A stretch of 64,000 nucleotides of DNA from Geopsychrobacteraceae bacterium (GTDB taxonomy: Bacteria > Desulfobacterota > Desulfuromonadia > Desulfuromonadales > Geopsychrobacteraceae). Positions 36,556 to 46,652 of this stretch are shown one piece after another. A program made the position numbers and the translations under genes. A model generated the notes under the pieces. The model saw nothing but the letters and a program-made list of their open reading frames with translations. It was not told the DNA's origin and made no database searches. Numbering within the stretch: the first letter of the stretch is position 1; every line of letters starts with the position of its first letter. Location: contig CAXXTB010000002.1 of assembly GCA_963676795.2 (NCBI GenBank), positions 2,368,001 through 2,432,000 of the forward strand, read 5' to 3'.

Positions 36556-36999
36556 TTACGCCAGTGACTCCCGAACGATCTGATTGACCAGCTTGCCGTC
36601 AGCGGCACCCTTGGTGCGGGCCATGACCTGAGGCATAACCTTGCCCATATCCTTGGCCGAAGTTGCGCCGACCTCGGCAATGACAGCAGCAACGATATCA
36701 CGCAGCTCGGCTTCGCTGAGCTGGGCCGGCTGATAACCCTGCAGGACTTCAAGCTCAGCCTCCTCCTTGGCAGCCAGCTCCGGGCGATCATTATCCCGGT
36801 ACATCTGGGCTGCTTCGCGCCGCTGCTTGACCAGGGTACTGATAACGGCGACGACAGCATCATCATCGAGCTCCTTACCCAGCTCGATCTCCTTGTTTTT
36901 AATTGCACTTCTGAGTTGACGGATGGTGCCGAGACGCTCAGTCTGCTTGGCCTTCATCGCCTCTTTCATATCGTTATTGAGCTGATCTTTGAGACTCAT
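36556..36999 (-). CDS. GatB/YqeY domain protein
   Basis: MSLKDQL..DMKEAMKAK, KQRRE, KDMGKVM, ADGK.V. Confidence 0.95.
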   Translation of the reverse strand: MSLKDQLNNDMKEAMKAKQTERLGTIRQLRSAIKNKEIELGKELDDDAVVAVISTLVKQRREAAQMYRDNDRPELAAKEEAELEVLQGYQPAQLSEAELRDIVAAVIAEVGATSAKDMGKVMPQVMARTKGAADGKLVNQIVRESLA

Positions 37000-37118
37000 G
37001 GACTGTCCTTGAGTTGAGAATTTAGAACGCAAAGAAGGTGCCGGGTCTTATCCCCCGCACCTGATAACCGGCTGCAAACGGATGTCCCGCGTACGACATC
37101 CGATCAAAAGAATTTTGA

Positions 37119-37147
37119 AGTATATAGAGAGAGGCTCGTTAGGGCAA
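37119..37147 (-). promoter_or_regulatory. Putative sigma-70 promoter of the yqeY-cvpA-mutS2-dnaG-rpoD operon
   Basis: Minus strand TTGCCC-17 nt-TATACT. Confidence 0.6.
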
Positions 37148-37170
37148 GAACTTTTCTCGCTCCTTTTTTC

Positions 37171-37521
37171 CTATTCGAACAGAGCAGGAACAGCGCAGAT
37201 CATTCTCAGGACCTGGGTTTCCGACAGGTTTCGGTACTGGTGCTTTTCATGTGGCTTGACCAGAGCGAATTCTCCACAACCGACGGGATGATGGTTTCCA
37301 TCCGCATCGACCAGAGTGGCCTCCCCCTCGATCACATAGTTGAGATGTTCCGACTCATGGCTGTGATATGGGGTATGGCCGCCCGGCTCTACACTGAACA
37401 CCCGGAAGGAAAAGTTCGGGACACCATCGGCCTTCCCCAGCGGAACCTGACGGGTCACCCCTGAGGCACCCTCAACGATAACGGAAGCCGCTTTCACATC
37501 CTGCAATGAGACCACTTTCAT
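37171..37521 (-). CDS. Cupin domain protein
   Basis: PGGHTPYHSH..EH..YV.EG and V.P.E.HQY.N cupin motifs. Confidence 0.9.
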   Translation of the reverse strand: MKVVSLQDVKAASVIVEGASGVTRQVPLGKADGVPNFSFRVFSVEPGGHTPYHSHESEHLNYVIEGEATLVDADGNHHPVGCGEFALVKPHEKHQYRNLSETQVLRMICAVPALFE

Positions 37522-37738
37522 TATTAAATTCTCCGATAAAATATATTCAACAAATCAAATACCTTCAACAAACACATAAATTTATTGTACAATTGACAGG
37601 GCTCTCAACAGAGAACCGACGAACTGCCACATTACAATAAAATTTTCGGCCGATAAATCTTCTCCTTTCGGCCTTCTGTCAATTTTCGAACAGAAAGCAT
37701 TTGCAAGTCAACAACCCGTAGCGAAGGAGGATGATTCT

Positions 37739-38812
37739 ATGAATCCCGCCCAACTTATTCCTGCGGCAGACGCCATCCCTACGCACTGGGGATGGTTCTA
37801 CCTGCTCCTGATTGTCACCTTTCTGCTCCACATCCTGGTCATGAATGCCATGCTCGGCGGTGGTATCATCGCCCTGATAGGCAGCCTGAAAGGTGGCGAG
37901 CAAAACCAGCTGGTCTGTCGCGAGTTCAGCTACAAATGGCCCTACACCATAGCCTTTGCCGTCAATATGGGGGTCGCGCCGCTGCTCTTTGTCCAGGTTC
38001 TCTACGGACATTTCATCTACAGCAGCTCGATCTTGATGGCCGTCTGGTGGTTTTCCATCATCGCCCTGCTGATCCTCGCCTACTATGCCGCCTACATCTA
38101 TGACTTCAAATTTGAAAAGCTTGGCGGACTGCGTATCTTCATCCTGGAGGTTGCCGTCCTGTTCATGCTGATCATCGCCTTCTTCTTCACCAATAACATG
38201 ACGCTGATGCTCGAGCCGGAGAAATGGCTGGCCTACTTCAGTGGCTCAAGCGGCACCATTCTTAACCTGAGCGATGCCAGCCTGATCCCCCGCTACCTGC
38301 ACTTCGTTGTCGGCTCGGTGGCAATCGCCGGACTCTACCTGGCCCTGATCGGCCATTTCAAGCTGACCAAAAGTACGGTCAGCAAGGAGCAGCTGGTCAG
38401 CACCGGGCTGAGATATTTCAGCTGGGCAACCGTTCTGCAGATTCTGCTCGGCATCTGGTTCCTGCTCGCCCTGCCGCAAGAGGTCATGCTGGTCTTCATG
38501 GGACGCAGCGGCTACGGTACGGCACTGCTGATCATCGGGATTGTCCTTGCTCTGCTCGCCCTGCATCAGAGCTACAAGGGCAAACTTGTCCCGACGGTTA
38601 TCAGTTCCCTGATCCTGCTGATCGTCATGATCCTGATGCGTGACCTGGTTCGGGTGGCCTACCTCAAGCCTTACTTCAGCGTGGGCGATCTGGCGGTCAG
38701 GCCGGAATATTCACCGCTGATTTTCTTCCTTGTGGTCTTTATCATCGGGCTGGCCCTGATCGGCTACATGCTTAAACTTGTCTTCAAATGCCGTAAGGAG
38801 GTTGCAAAATGA
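37739..38812 (+). CDS. Polytopic membrane protein, CydA-paralog-like partner subunit of a bd-superfamily oxidoreductase
   Basis: About 10 TM helices; LLHILVMNAMLGGG parallels IVHVLVSHFAVGGG of the next gene; PRYLHF and MRD..R motifs; 4-nt overlap with the next gene. Confidence 0.6.
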   Translation: MNPAQLIPAADAIPTHWGWFYLLLIVTFLLHILVMNAMLGGGIIALIGSLKGGEQNQLVCREFSYKWPYTIAFAVNMGVAPLLFVQVLYGHFIYSSSILMAVWWFSIIALLILAYYAAYIYDFKFEKLGGLRIFILEVAVLFMLIIAFFFTNNMTLMLEPEKWLAYFSGSSGTILNLSDASLIPRYLHFVVGSVAIAGLYLALIGHFKLTKSTVSKEQLVSTGLRYFSWATVLQILLGIWFLLALPQEVMLVFMGRSGYGTALLIIGIVLALLALHQSYKGKLVPTVISSLILLIVMILMRDLVRVAYLKPYFSVGDLAVRPEYSPLIFFLVVFIIGLALIGYMLKLVFKCRKEVAK

Positions 38813-40158
38813 ACTATCCGATCTGGAACCTGACAACCTACGGCGGCGGTTTTCTGATCGCCCTGGTGGCTATCGTCCACGTCCTGGTCTCCCACTTCGC
38901 CGTCGGCGGCGGAGCATTCCTGGTCCTGCTGGAAAGCAGGGCCTACAAACATGACGATCAGGATCTGCTCCAGTATGTCAAAAAACACAGCAAGTTTTTC
39001 CTGCTGGTGACCATGGTCTTCGGTGGCCTGACCGGCGTCGGCATCTGGTGGACCATCGCCCTGCTCAACCCGGCAGCGACCTCGAGCCTGATCCACATCT
39101 TCGTCTTCGGCTGGGCTGCGGAATGGGTCTTCTTCGTCGGCGAGATCGTCGCCCTGTTCATCTATTTCTACACCTTCGGCCGCATGAACCGCAAAGACCA
39201 CATGATCATCGGCTGGATCTACTTTATCTGTGCCTGGATGTCGCTGTTTCTTATCAACGGCATCATCGACTTCATGCTCACCCCCGGCGCCTGGCTCGAG
39301 AATCAGTGGTTCTGGTCCGGCTTCTTCAATCCGACCTTCTGGCCATCGCTGGTGTTCCGCACTGGTCTGTCACTGCTCCTGTGCGGCGTCTTCGGCTTCA
39401 TCACCGCAGCGTTTCTGAAGAAAGACATCCTGCGTCAGCGAATTATGAAGATCTGTGCCATCTGGGTTGCTGTCCCCTTCGTTCTGATGCTGCTCGGCGG
39501 CTGGTGGTACATGGCTGCGCTTCCTGAAGCACAGAGCCTGATGATCTTCGAAAAATCTCCGGAACTTGGCAAATACCTGGCATCGACCTACTGGCTGCTG
39601 CCGGTCCTGTTCATCGCCTCGATGGTCATGATGTTGAAACTGCCCCAAGGGTTCCAGAAGATCTTCTGCTTTGTCATCCTGCTCATCGCCCTTTCCTACT
39701 TCGGTTCCTTTGAGTTTGTCCGCGAAGGCGGCCGCCGCCCCTATGTCATCCACAGCCACATGTACGCCAACCAGATCTATGTCAAGGATCTGCCGGAGAT
39801 TCAGCAGGCCGGCTTCCTGGCCACGGCAAAATGGGTTGAGCATAACAACATCACCGATGACAACCTGCTCGCGGTCGGCCAGGAGCTGTTCAAATTCCAG
39901 TGCAGCGCCTGCCATTCCATCGGCGGACCGCTCAACGACATCCGTCCATTGGCCGCCAAATATGACAGCACCTTTGGCATGGATGCCAAACTCAACGGTC
40001 TGGGCAAGATGAACAACTACATGCCGCCCTTTGCCGGAACCCGTGAGGAACGCTGGGCTCTGGCTAACTATATCGTCCATGGAGCGGATATTCGCCCGGC
40101 CAGAAACATAACAGCTCAAGGCACTGATCAGCGGGCCACAGGCCACCAGGAGGAATGA
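38809..40158 (+). CDS. Cytochrome bd subunit I-like protein with C-terminal monoheme c domain
   Basis: HVLVSHFAVGGG, GGLTGVGIW, WAAEWVFF.GE, EFVREGGRRPY (CydA E.GRQPW-like), CSACH followed by YMPPF. Confidence 0.8.
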   Translation: MNYPIWNLTTYGGGFLIALVAIVHVLVSHFAVGGGAFLVLLESRAYKHDDQDLLQYVKKHSKFFLLVTMVFGGLTGVGIWWTIALLNPAATSSLIHIFVFGWAAEWVFFVGEIVALFIYFYTFGRMNRKDHMIIGWIYFICAWMSLFLINGIIDFMLTPGAWLENQWFWSGFFNPTFWPSLVFRTGLSLLLCGVFGFITAAFLKKDILRQRIMKICAIWVAVPFVLMLLGGWWYMAALPEAQSLMIFEKSPELGKYLASTYWLLPVLFIASMVMMLKLPQGFQKIFCFVILLIALSYFGSFEFVREGGRRPYVIHSHMYANQIYVKDLPEIQQAGFLATAKWVEHNNITDDNLLAVGQELFKFQCSACHSIGGPLNDIRPLAAKYDSTFGMDAKLNGLGKMNNYMPPFAGTREERWALANYIVHGADIRPARNITAQGTDQRATGHQEE

Positions 40159-40160
40159 TC

Positions 40161-41633
40161 ATGAACAAGAGAAACCGATTCATCAAGACGACCCTGAGCC
40201 TGATCGCCTGCAGTCTGCTGCTGATATCCTTCAGCCAACCACTACAGGCCGGCGAACCGGCACCTCTCGATAAGGTTGACGGCATGAATATGGGCAACCC
40301 GCTTGTTCCGGCCAGAAAATTGCCGCTGGAGATCCCGACCTTCGACAAGGACAAGGATGAATATGTTCTGCTCTCCTGGAACAACCTCGGCATGCACTGT
40401 ATCTCGGACAGCGATCCCTACTGGATCCTGCTGCCGCCGGCCAACGACATCTTCGCCCAGCTGGTCAAGCGCGGTGATCCGCCAGAGATTATCACCGAAG
40501 GAGTCGAAATCAGCTATGCCGTCGAAAAAGGGTTCGAACATCCGGAAAAACATGTACGTTTCTGGGAGTTTGCCGACAAACTGCTCGGTGCCGACCTGAA
40601 GCCGGGCGTCGGCGTTGGCGGCCTTAAGGTCAACGGCATCATGAAACTGGAAGAGGAGCACCGGGCCTTCGCCGCTCCATTTATCCCGGTTGTTCCTTAT
40701 ATGGATGACGGCAGCTACAACCCCTACCCGGTCTTTACCATCACAGCCAGAGACAAGAAGACTGGTAAGATCCTCGCCCAGACCAAGACAGTGGCACCGA
40801 CCTCCACCGAGATGGGCTGCAAGAACTGCCACGGCGGTGGCTGGCGGGTTGAGGGCGTCGCCGGCTTTACCGATGCCACCAGTCTCGACGTTCTGGTCGC
40901 CCACGACAAAAACAGCGGCACCGATCTGGTCGAAAAAGCCAAGAACGGTCAGCCGATGCTCTGCCAGTCCTGTCACGCCGATCCGGTGCTCGGCACCAAG
41001 GGCAACCCGGAACTGCTCAGCTTCCCGGCCGCCCTGCACGGCTGGCACGCCAACTTCCTGACCGAGCGCGAAGGGATGCAGGCCTGCGTCGCCTGTCACC
41101 CGTCACGTCCCGACGGACCGACCCAGTGTTTCCGCAGCCATCACTCCGACATGATGGACTGCACCAACTGCCACGGCACCATGGAGGACCATGCCCTCTC
41201 GCTGCTGAAGAAAGAGCTGGAGTCCGGGAAAAAAGGCGCAGCCCGTCTGATGGAGAGGCTCAAACCGCGCACCGTTGCGACGCTTGAAGAGATCAACCCA
41301 CGTACAGCATGGCTGAACGAACCGGACTGCCTCAACTGCCACAAAGACTTCGAGATGGGCTCAACCATGGATGCCTTCAACACCTGGACCGCAGGACCGG
41401 AAGAGCTCTACCGCATGCGCCATGACCAGATGGGCGCGATGATGTGCGAGGCCTGCCACGGCAGCACCCACGCCGTCTATCCGGCCACCAAGAACAAATA
41501 CGGCCAGAACCGCGACAGCATCCAGCCGCTGCAGTACCAGGGGAACGATCGCCCGATCGGCAATGACTGTACCGTCTGCCACAAGGTTCAGCCTGAGTTT
41601 GAAGGCCACCATCCGAATTCGCTCAGACGTTAG
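40161..41633 (+). CDS. Periplasmic heptaheme c-type cytochrome
   Basis: Signal peptide, YVLLSWNNLGMHC motif, 7 CxxCH motifs counted plus an atypical CFRSHH. Confidence 0.85.
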   Translation: MNKRNRFIKTTLSLIACSLLLISFSQPLQAGEPAPLDKVDGMNMGNPLVPARKLPLEIPTFDKDKDEYVLLSWNNLGMHCISDSDPYWILLPPANDIFAQLVKRGDPPEIITEGVEISYAVEKGFEHPEKHVRFWEFADKLLGADLKPGVGVGGLKVNGIMKLEEEHRAFAAPFIPVVPYMDDGSYNPYPVFTITARDKKTGKILAQTKTVAPTSTEMGCKNCHGGGWRVEGVAGFTDATSLDVLVAHDKNSGTDLVEKAKNGQPMLCQSCHADPVLGTKGNPELLSFPAALHGWHANFLTEREGMQACVACHPSRPDGPTQCFRSHHSDMMDCTNCHGTMEDHALSLLKKELESGKKGAARLMERLKPRTVATLEEINPRTAWLNEPDCLNCHKDFEMGSTMDAFNTWTAGPEELYRMRHDQMGAMMCEACHGSTHAVYPATKNKYGQNRDSIQPLQYQGNDRPIGNDCTVCHKVQPEFEGHHPNSLRR

Positions 41634-41657
41634 AGATTTCTCCCCAAAATGGCCTAG

Positions 41658-41694
41658 AAAAAAGCGCCCGTCAGAATAGTTGTGACGGGCGCTT
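41658..41694. terminator. Intrinsic terminator between convergent operons
   Basis: aagcgcccgtca-N9-tgacgggcgctt with an upstream A-tract (U-tract on the minus strand). Confidence 0.75.
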
Positions 41695-41728
41695 GCGTTA
41701 TGGTTGAAAACTTAAGACCTTTCGCAGG

Positions 41729-42664
41729 TCAGTTCTGTCCTTCCGTTGAGGCGGCATCCTCAGTCACAAGCTGACTGGCATCAACCGTGAGCAGCTCTTG
41801 CTCCAGCTGAGCACTGACTTTGAAGAGGGGGGCAAAACCGCTGACCTGAAGGACAGCGTCCCCCCCATTTCCAACTTTTGCAAAACGATAACTGCGTAGC
41901 TGATTATCGGTGGTTTCTACCACAATCGGAGATGCAGCGTCATCGAAGCGGGGATTATCCGTACCATAATAAATCCCGTTGACATGCAGTTCCAGCAATT
42001 TGTCAGCCGAAGAAGCGACCTTTTCAGGGGCGTACTCCTCACCCTGAGTTTGACCGTCGACAACAAAATGATCCCCCTGGCGAACCAGCTTGAGATGAGG
42101 CAGGGTCATCGTCGTCACATTTATTGCTGCCAGTTTCAACAGATCATGATCAAGCCAATCGCCGGGCTTGTCGCCGAGTCGCGTCAGAGTCAGCGGAATA
42201 TCGTAAATCTGTTTTTCCGCGGCCAGTCGAGCGTGGACCTTATGCAGCCCCGGCGGCGTACCGATCAGCAGTCGGGCCAGTTCTTCGGTGCCGTTTTTCA
42301 AGACCAGTTGACGCTCAAAACTGTCGTCCGCCACCTTGAAGCGTTCAAAGCTCGCAGCGGTTCTGGCGACCGGCCAGGGCCTGCTGATACCTGTCAGGGT
42401 GTTGAGCAGGTCAGCGACCTTCTGATTGTCAGCGGGCAGATTGTCAAGATCCGCTAGCCGCCACTGCTTGCCATCAAGATGCAGAGTCAGCCGATCCTTC
42501 TCAGCTCCGACAATCTCGAAATCGCTGATCTGCCCGGCGCTGAAGTTCAGCAGCGGGCCACCGGCGGTCGTTCCTTGCGCATGGTTGCCGAAGGAATAGA
42601 GCAATGTGGCCAGTCCCAGCTGGACAATCAGAACAAGCAACAGCAGTAAAAGTTTGTTTTTCAT
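41729..42664 (-). CDS. DUF4340-like periplasmic protein of a Gld-type ABC system
   Basis: N-terminal anchor, W...LPAD..KV..LL..L, L.IG, WLD..LL; last gene of the ABC operon. Confidence 0.75.
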   Translation of the reverse strand: MKNKLLLLLLVLIVQLGLATLLYSFGNHAQGTTAGGPLLNFSAGQISDFEIVGAEKDRLTLHLDGKQWRLADLDNLPADNQKVADLLNTLTGISRPWPVARTAASFERFKVADDSFERQLVLKNGTEELARLLIGTPPGLHKVHARLAAEKQIYDIPLTLTRLGDKPGDWLDHDLLKLAAINVTTMTLPHLKLVRQGDHFVVDGQTQGEEYAPEKVASSADKLLELHVNGIYYGTDNPRFDDAASPIVVETTDNQLRSYRFAKVGNGGDAVLQVSGFAPLFKVSAQLEQELLTVDASQLVTEDAASTEGQN

Positions 42665-45561
42665 GGCGCCCTCCTTTCGAGCAGACAGCGATAAACGGCA
42701 CGCTTGCGGCCGAGCAGCACGCGGTAAACGACAAACACAATCCCCAGCCCGATCAGCGCCAGGGCATAGTTGAAAGACTCGACCAGCACCCGACCGTCAT
42801 GTTCAAGCGGAATCAGAGTCCTGGCGTAATGGCCTCGCCCGCGGATCGCCAGCAGCCCCTGGTCCTCCAGCGACCAGTCAAGGCTGTTGCTGATCAGCTG
42901 CAAGCCGCCATAGTCCTCGTTCCCCGACACGGCAGAGGCCAGCTGCAGGGTCTGGTCAGCCACGAAATCAGCGGAGGAGAAGAGGATGAGACGGGCGGCT
43001 TCCGGTGATTTTTCGATCACTGAGAGCAGCTGATCGCTGTTTTTTTGTTCTGCGGCATTCTCCTGTTCCGCGGATTTTTTCGCCCCCTCCAGTAATGGAG
43101 AAGGCTGTCCGGCAAAATAGGAGCTGAACTGCCCCTCGAGCGCAACGCCGAGCAGCTGCTTAGCGCGCTCCCTCGCCGGGTCAAAGCCCTGCTCACCATC
43201 AGCCGTGACCTTCGGCAGCAGGCTTTGCGCGTCAGAGGTCCAGGCCTTTTCAGAACTCTTGAGCAGCCAGGTGATCTTTCTGTCACTATTGGCCTTGTCG
43301 TCGACCTGAATCGGTGCCGCCCAGTCGTAGAGCAGATGGGTCAACCCGGCCGTCACCGGCAGTTGCTGGTTGAGGCCGTCATCACGGACATCGAGGAAAT
43401 AGGGATAGGGAACCATCTGGATCTCTTGCAGGGGAATGCCGCCGACAGTCCGGCTGACCGGAATCGGCAAGGGCTGGCTGCGCGGGTCAAGCACCAGCTG
43501 CTGTTGCATAGCCAGCCCGTTATATTCGAGCCAGTCGAGCAGTTTGCCCTGCTGTTTGTCGGCACTCAAGCTCGAGCGGCTGATATTGACATCAAACGGG
43601 GAGGCGGCCAGTAGCACGGTTCTGCCCTGCATGAGGAACTGATCGATAGCGAACAGCTGTTTGTCATCAAGGTCTTTCGGAGCCACAACCACCAGGATAT
43701 CGGCTGATTCCGGAACGACACCGCTGCTCAGATCGAATTCGGTGACATTGTAGTTCTGCTCCAGATTTTTTTTTAGCACGGTGAAACCTTTACTGCTCCC
43801 CGCCATACCATACTGGGCCAGGAAAGAGTCAGGAGGCGCCGGCAGCGCCAGGGCGACAGTCTTGAGATAGCCGGCCGAAAACCGCTTGAGCGCATCCTTA
43901 ATGCTGCGCTCAAGCGCCGGACGGGTAAAGTCATCGGCCAACGGGATCTGCACGGTCTGGGTCCCGTCATCCAGGGTCAGATAAAAATAGAACCGCTGGC
44001 TGTCGTACAGACCGGCCTGCATCGGCTGAAAGCCGTATTTCTCTGCCAGTTCCTTGACCAGATGTCCATCTCCGCCCTGCGGATCGATAATTTTCAGAGC
44101 GAACTGGCCGGCCGATTTCTTCTCCATATCGCCGGCAACGCTTTGCAGATCGACCCTGAAGTTTTTGAGAAAATCAGGCAGCCTGGAATCGTCCGAAAGA
44201 TAGCCAGTCAGCGTCAGCGGATGCGCCAGGTTGGCGAACAGATCGCCGCCAGCCTGGAAGCCGAACAGAACCCGTTTAATACACCGGGTCAACTGATACT
44301 CGGGATTGTTCAGTTCGACATCGACTCCGCTCTCGCCGCTGTTTTTGACCTCAATCAGATCGCGAAAATCGAGCACCTGATACTGGTCACCATACTGGAT
44401 CAAAACCTGGAAATAGGAATTGACCAGTGCCGCCTGATAGCGGTCAGCGACCTTGAACGGCACCGGCTTGATGCCGTACTTTTCGTTGGCTTCGGCCTCA
44501 AGATCGGGGTGCTGCTGAGGATCGACAAATTCGCTTCTGACGTTGCCATGCCCGGCCAGCTGGTATTCGCTGATCAGGTCACGCAACTGCGGAACCAGCG
44601 GTGCCAACAGCGGGTGGGTCTTGGCGCTAAAGTAACCACGGATCAGCAACGGCTCCTGCAGGCGGGCCAGATACTCGCGGGTGGTCGGCGAAATCGAATA
44701 GATTCGCCCTTGGGTCAAATCGAGGCGTAACGAACCGATCTGCTGCAGCCAGAGATGAGCGGCGATCAGGTTGACAATCAAGACCAGTGCGACCATGCCG
44801 ATCATCCGGCACCGTGGGCCTGAGGCCTGAGACTGACTGTCCCAACGTAAACACCTCAGACTGTAGAGCGTCAGGACGAAAAACACCCCGACCAGGCTCA
44901 GGTAGTAGTAAAGATCGCGCAGGTCGATCACGCCACGGGTAATCGAAGAAAATCGGGCCCCACTGCCGAACAGGCGCAGCAGCTCAGCACTGTCGTTGCC
45001 GAAAAAGCCGGTCAGCAGATCGCTGCCGAGCAGATAGAAGACCCCGCAGATAACGACGGTCCCGATCAGACTGACAATCTGACTGTCACTGCGAACGCTC
45101 AGAAACAGCCCGATAGCGATATAGGCCGCGCCCAGGAACAGGGCGGCCAGGTAACCACCCCAGACCGGCCCCCAGTCGAGCGGACCGATGGCAGCGACAG
45201 AAAACGGCAGCGGCAAGGTCAGCAGCAGCGCCAGCAAGACCATGAAAAGCGCTGCCAGGAATTTGCCCAGCAGGTATTCGCCGGGCCGGACCGGCAGGGT
45301 CAGCAGGTACTCCAGAGTTCCGGTCCGCCGTTCCTCGCTCCACATGCGCATGGTCAGCGCCGCCACCAGGAAGATCAGAAGCACCGGCATCCATTCAAAC
45401 AACGGCCGGACATCAGCGATATTGCGGGCGAAAAACGATTCCGCCCAGAAGACGACAAACAAGCTGACCAGCAGAAATACGCCGAGAAATATGTAGGCGA
45501 CCGGTGAAGCAAAAAAGCTGCCCAGCTCTTTACGACAAACCCGCAGAGTGTTACGCAGCAT
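42661..45561 (-). CDS. ABC-2 permease (GldF-like) fused to GldG-like auxiliary domain
   Basis: KEL.SFFASPVAYIF, LTMRMWSEERRTGTLE, LGKFLA, then RLDLT.G.IYS.S, EYQLT..I, DQFLM.G, N.LDW. Confidence 0.88.
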   Translation of the reverse strand: MLRNTLRVCRKELGSFFASPVAYIFLGVFLLVSLFVVFWAESFFARNIADVRPLFEWMPVLLIFLVAALTMRMWSEERRTGTLEYLLTLPVRPGEYLLGKFLAALFMVLLALLLTLPLPFSVAAIGPLDWGPVWGGYLAALFLGAAYIAIGLFLSVRSDSQIVSLIGTVVICGVFYLLGSDLLTGFFGNDSAELLRLFGSGARFSSITRGVIDLRDLYYYLSLVGVFFVLTLYSLRCLRWDSQSQASGPRCRMIGMVALVLIVNLIAAHLWLQQIGSLRLDLTQGRIYSISPTTREYLARLQEPLLIRGYFSAKTHPLLAPLVPQLRDLISEYQLAGHGNVRSEFVDPQQHPDLEAEANEKYGIKPVPFKVADRYQAALVNSYFQVLIQYGDQYQVLDFRDLIEVKNSGESGVDVELNNPEYQLTRCIKRVLFGFQAGGDLFANLAHPLTLTGYLSDDSRLPDFLKNFRVDLQSVAGDMEKKSAGQFALKIIDPQGGDGHLVKELAEKYGFQPMQAGLYDSQRFYFYLTLDDGTQTVQIPLADDFTRPALERSIKDALKRFSAGYLKTVALALPAPPDSFLAQYGMAGSSKGFTVLKKNLEQNYNVTEFDLSSGVVPESADILVVVAPKDLDDKQLFAIDQFLMQGRTVLLAASPFDVNISRSSLSADKQQGKLLDWLEYNGLAMQQQLVLDPRSQPLPIPVSRTVGGIPLQEIQMVPYPYFLDVRDDGLNQQLPVTAGLTHLLYDWAAPIQVDDKANSDRKITWLLKSSEKAWTSDAQSLLPKVTADGEQGFDPARERAKQLLGVALEGQFSSYFAGQPSPLLEGAKKSAEQENAAEQKNSDQLLSVIEKSPEAARLILFSSADFVADQTLQLASAVSGNEDYGGLQLISNSLDWSLEDQGLLAIRGRGHYARTLIPLEHDGRVLVESFNYALALIGLGIVFVVYRVLLGRKRAVYRCLLERRAP

Positions 45562-46498
45562 GAGGTACCTCCTGAGCCGATGCAGAAAGCTCCAGGAAGA
45601 CCTTCTCCAGGGTACGCTCTTCCTGTTTCAGTTCATAGAGTTGCCAGCCGCGCGCGACAACAAAGGTCGCAATCTGCGGAGCGAAATGCCACTCATCCTC
45701 CCGGCCTTTGAGCAAATAACTGCTGGCGCGCTCTCCGCAGGCAAGCAGCTCAACCTGCTCAATCTGGGGCAATGTCCGAAGCGCGGCTGAGACCTCAGTG
45801 GCAGCCCCGGAGCAGCGCATCAGCAGACCGCGCCCGCGGGTCAGATCCTCCAGCGAGGCGTCAAGGGCAAGCCGACCGCGGTTGAGAATCAGCACCCGGT
45901 CACAGACCGCTTCGACCTCCTGAAGAATATGGGTCGAGACGATCACCGTGGCCTCGCTCTTAAGATCCCGGATCAACTCGCGCATGTGGCCGATCTGCGA
46001 AGGGTCAAGACCATTGGTTGGCTCGTCGAGAATAACCACTTCAGGTTGATGCAACAGCGCCTGGGCAACTCCGACCCGCTGCCGGAAACCTCGTGAAAGC
46101 GTTGCTATCAGTGCCATGGCCTTTTCTTCCAGTTCAGTCTGGGCGATGGTCCGCAGCAGCGCGGAATCGCGTTTCACACCCTGAAGACCGCGTAATTCGG
46201 CAGAATAATTAAGAAAATCAATCACCGTCATATCCGGATAGACCGGGCAGTTTTCAGGCAGATAACCGATCCGTGATTGAGCCGGCAACAGTTTGTCTCT
46301 GGTTATGTCGTGGCCGCAGATCCGGATATCCCCGGCACTGGGTTCCAAATATCCGGTCAACATTTTCATGATGGTCGACTTGCCGGCACCGTTATGCCCG
46401 AGCAAACCGACAACCTCGCCCTGTCCGATGGAAAAAGACACATCGTTCACGGCCAGAAAATCGCCATAACAGCGACTGACATGGTGTACTCCTATCAT
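45551..46498 (-). CDS. ABC transporter ATP-binding protein (GldA-like); alternative starts 46504/46510
   Basis: GHNGAGKST, LSRGFRQRVG, ILDEPTNGLDP, STHIL. Confidence 0.93.
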   Translation of the reverse strand: MIGVHHVSRCYGDFLAVNDVSFSIGQGEVVGLLGHNGAGKSTIMKMLTGYLEPSAGDIRICGHDITRDKLLPAQSRIGYLPENCPVYPDMTVIDFLNYSAELRGLQGVKRDSALLRTIAQTELEEKAMALIATLSRGFRQRVGVAQALLHQPEVVILDEPTNGLDPSQIGHMRELIRDLKSEATVIVSTHILQEVEAVCDRVLILNRGRLALDASLEDLTRGRGLLMRCSGAATEVSAALRTLPQIEQVELLACGERASSYLLKGREDEWHFAPQIATFVVARGWQLYELKQEERTLEKVFLELSASAQEVPHAA

Positions 46499-46652
46499 TT
46501 TCATCCTCATATCGGGTTGAGATGCGAAATCGGCAGAACGACTGCGTTTTTAAAGAAGATATGCGGCGTCATTTTATGACGGCCGTCCTCACTTGCGACG
46601 CGGCTTGAGTCAACAGCCCTGCTCTGATTTCGGCAAAGAGACTTATACGAAA

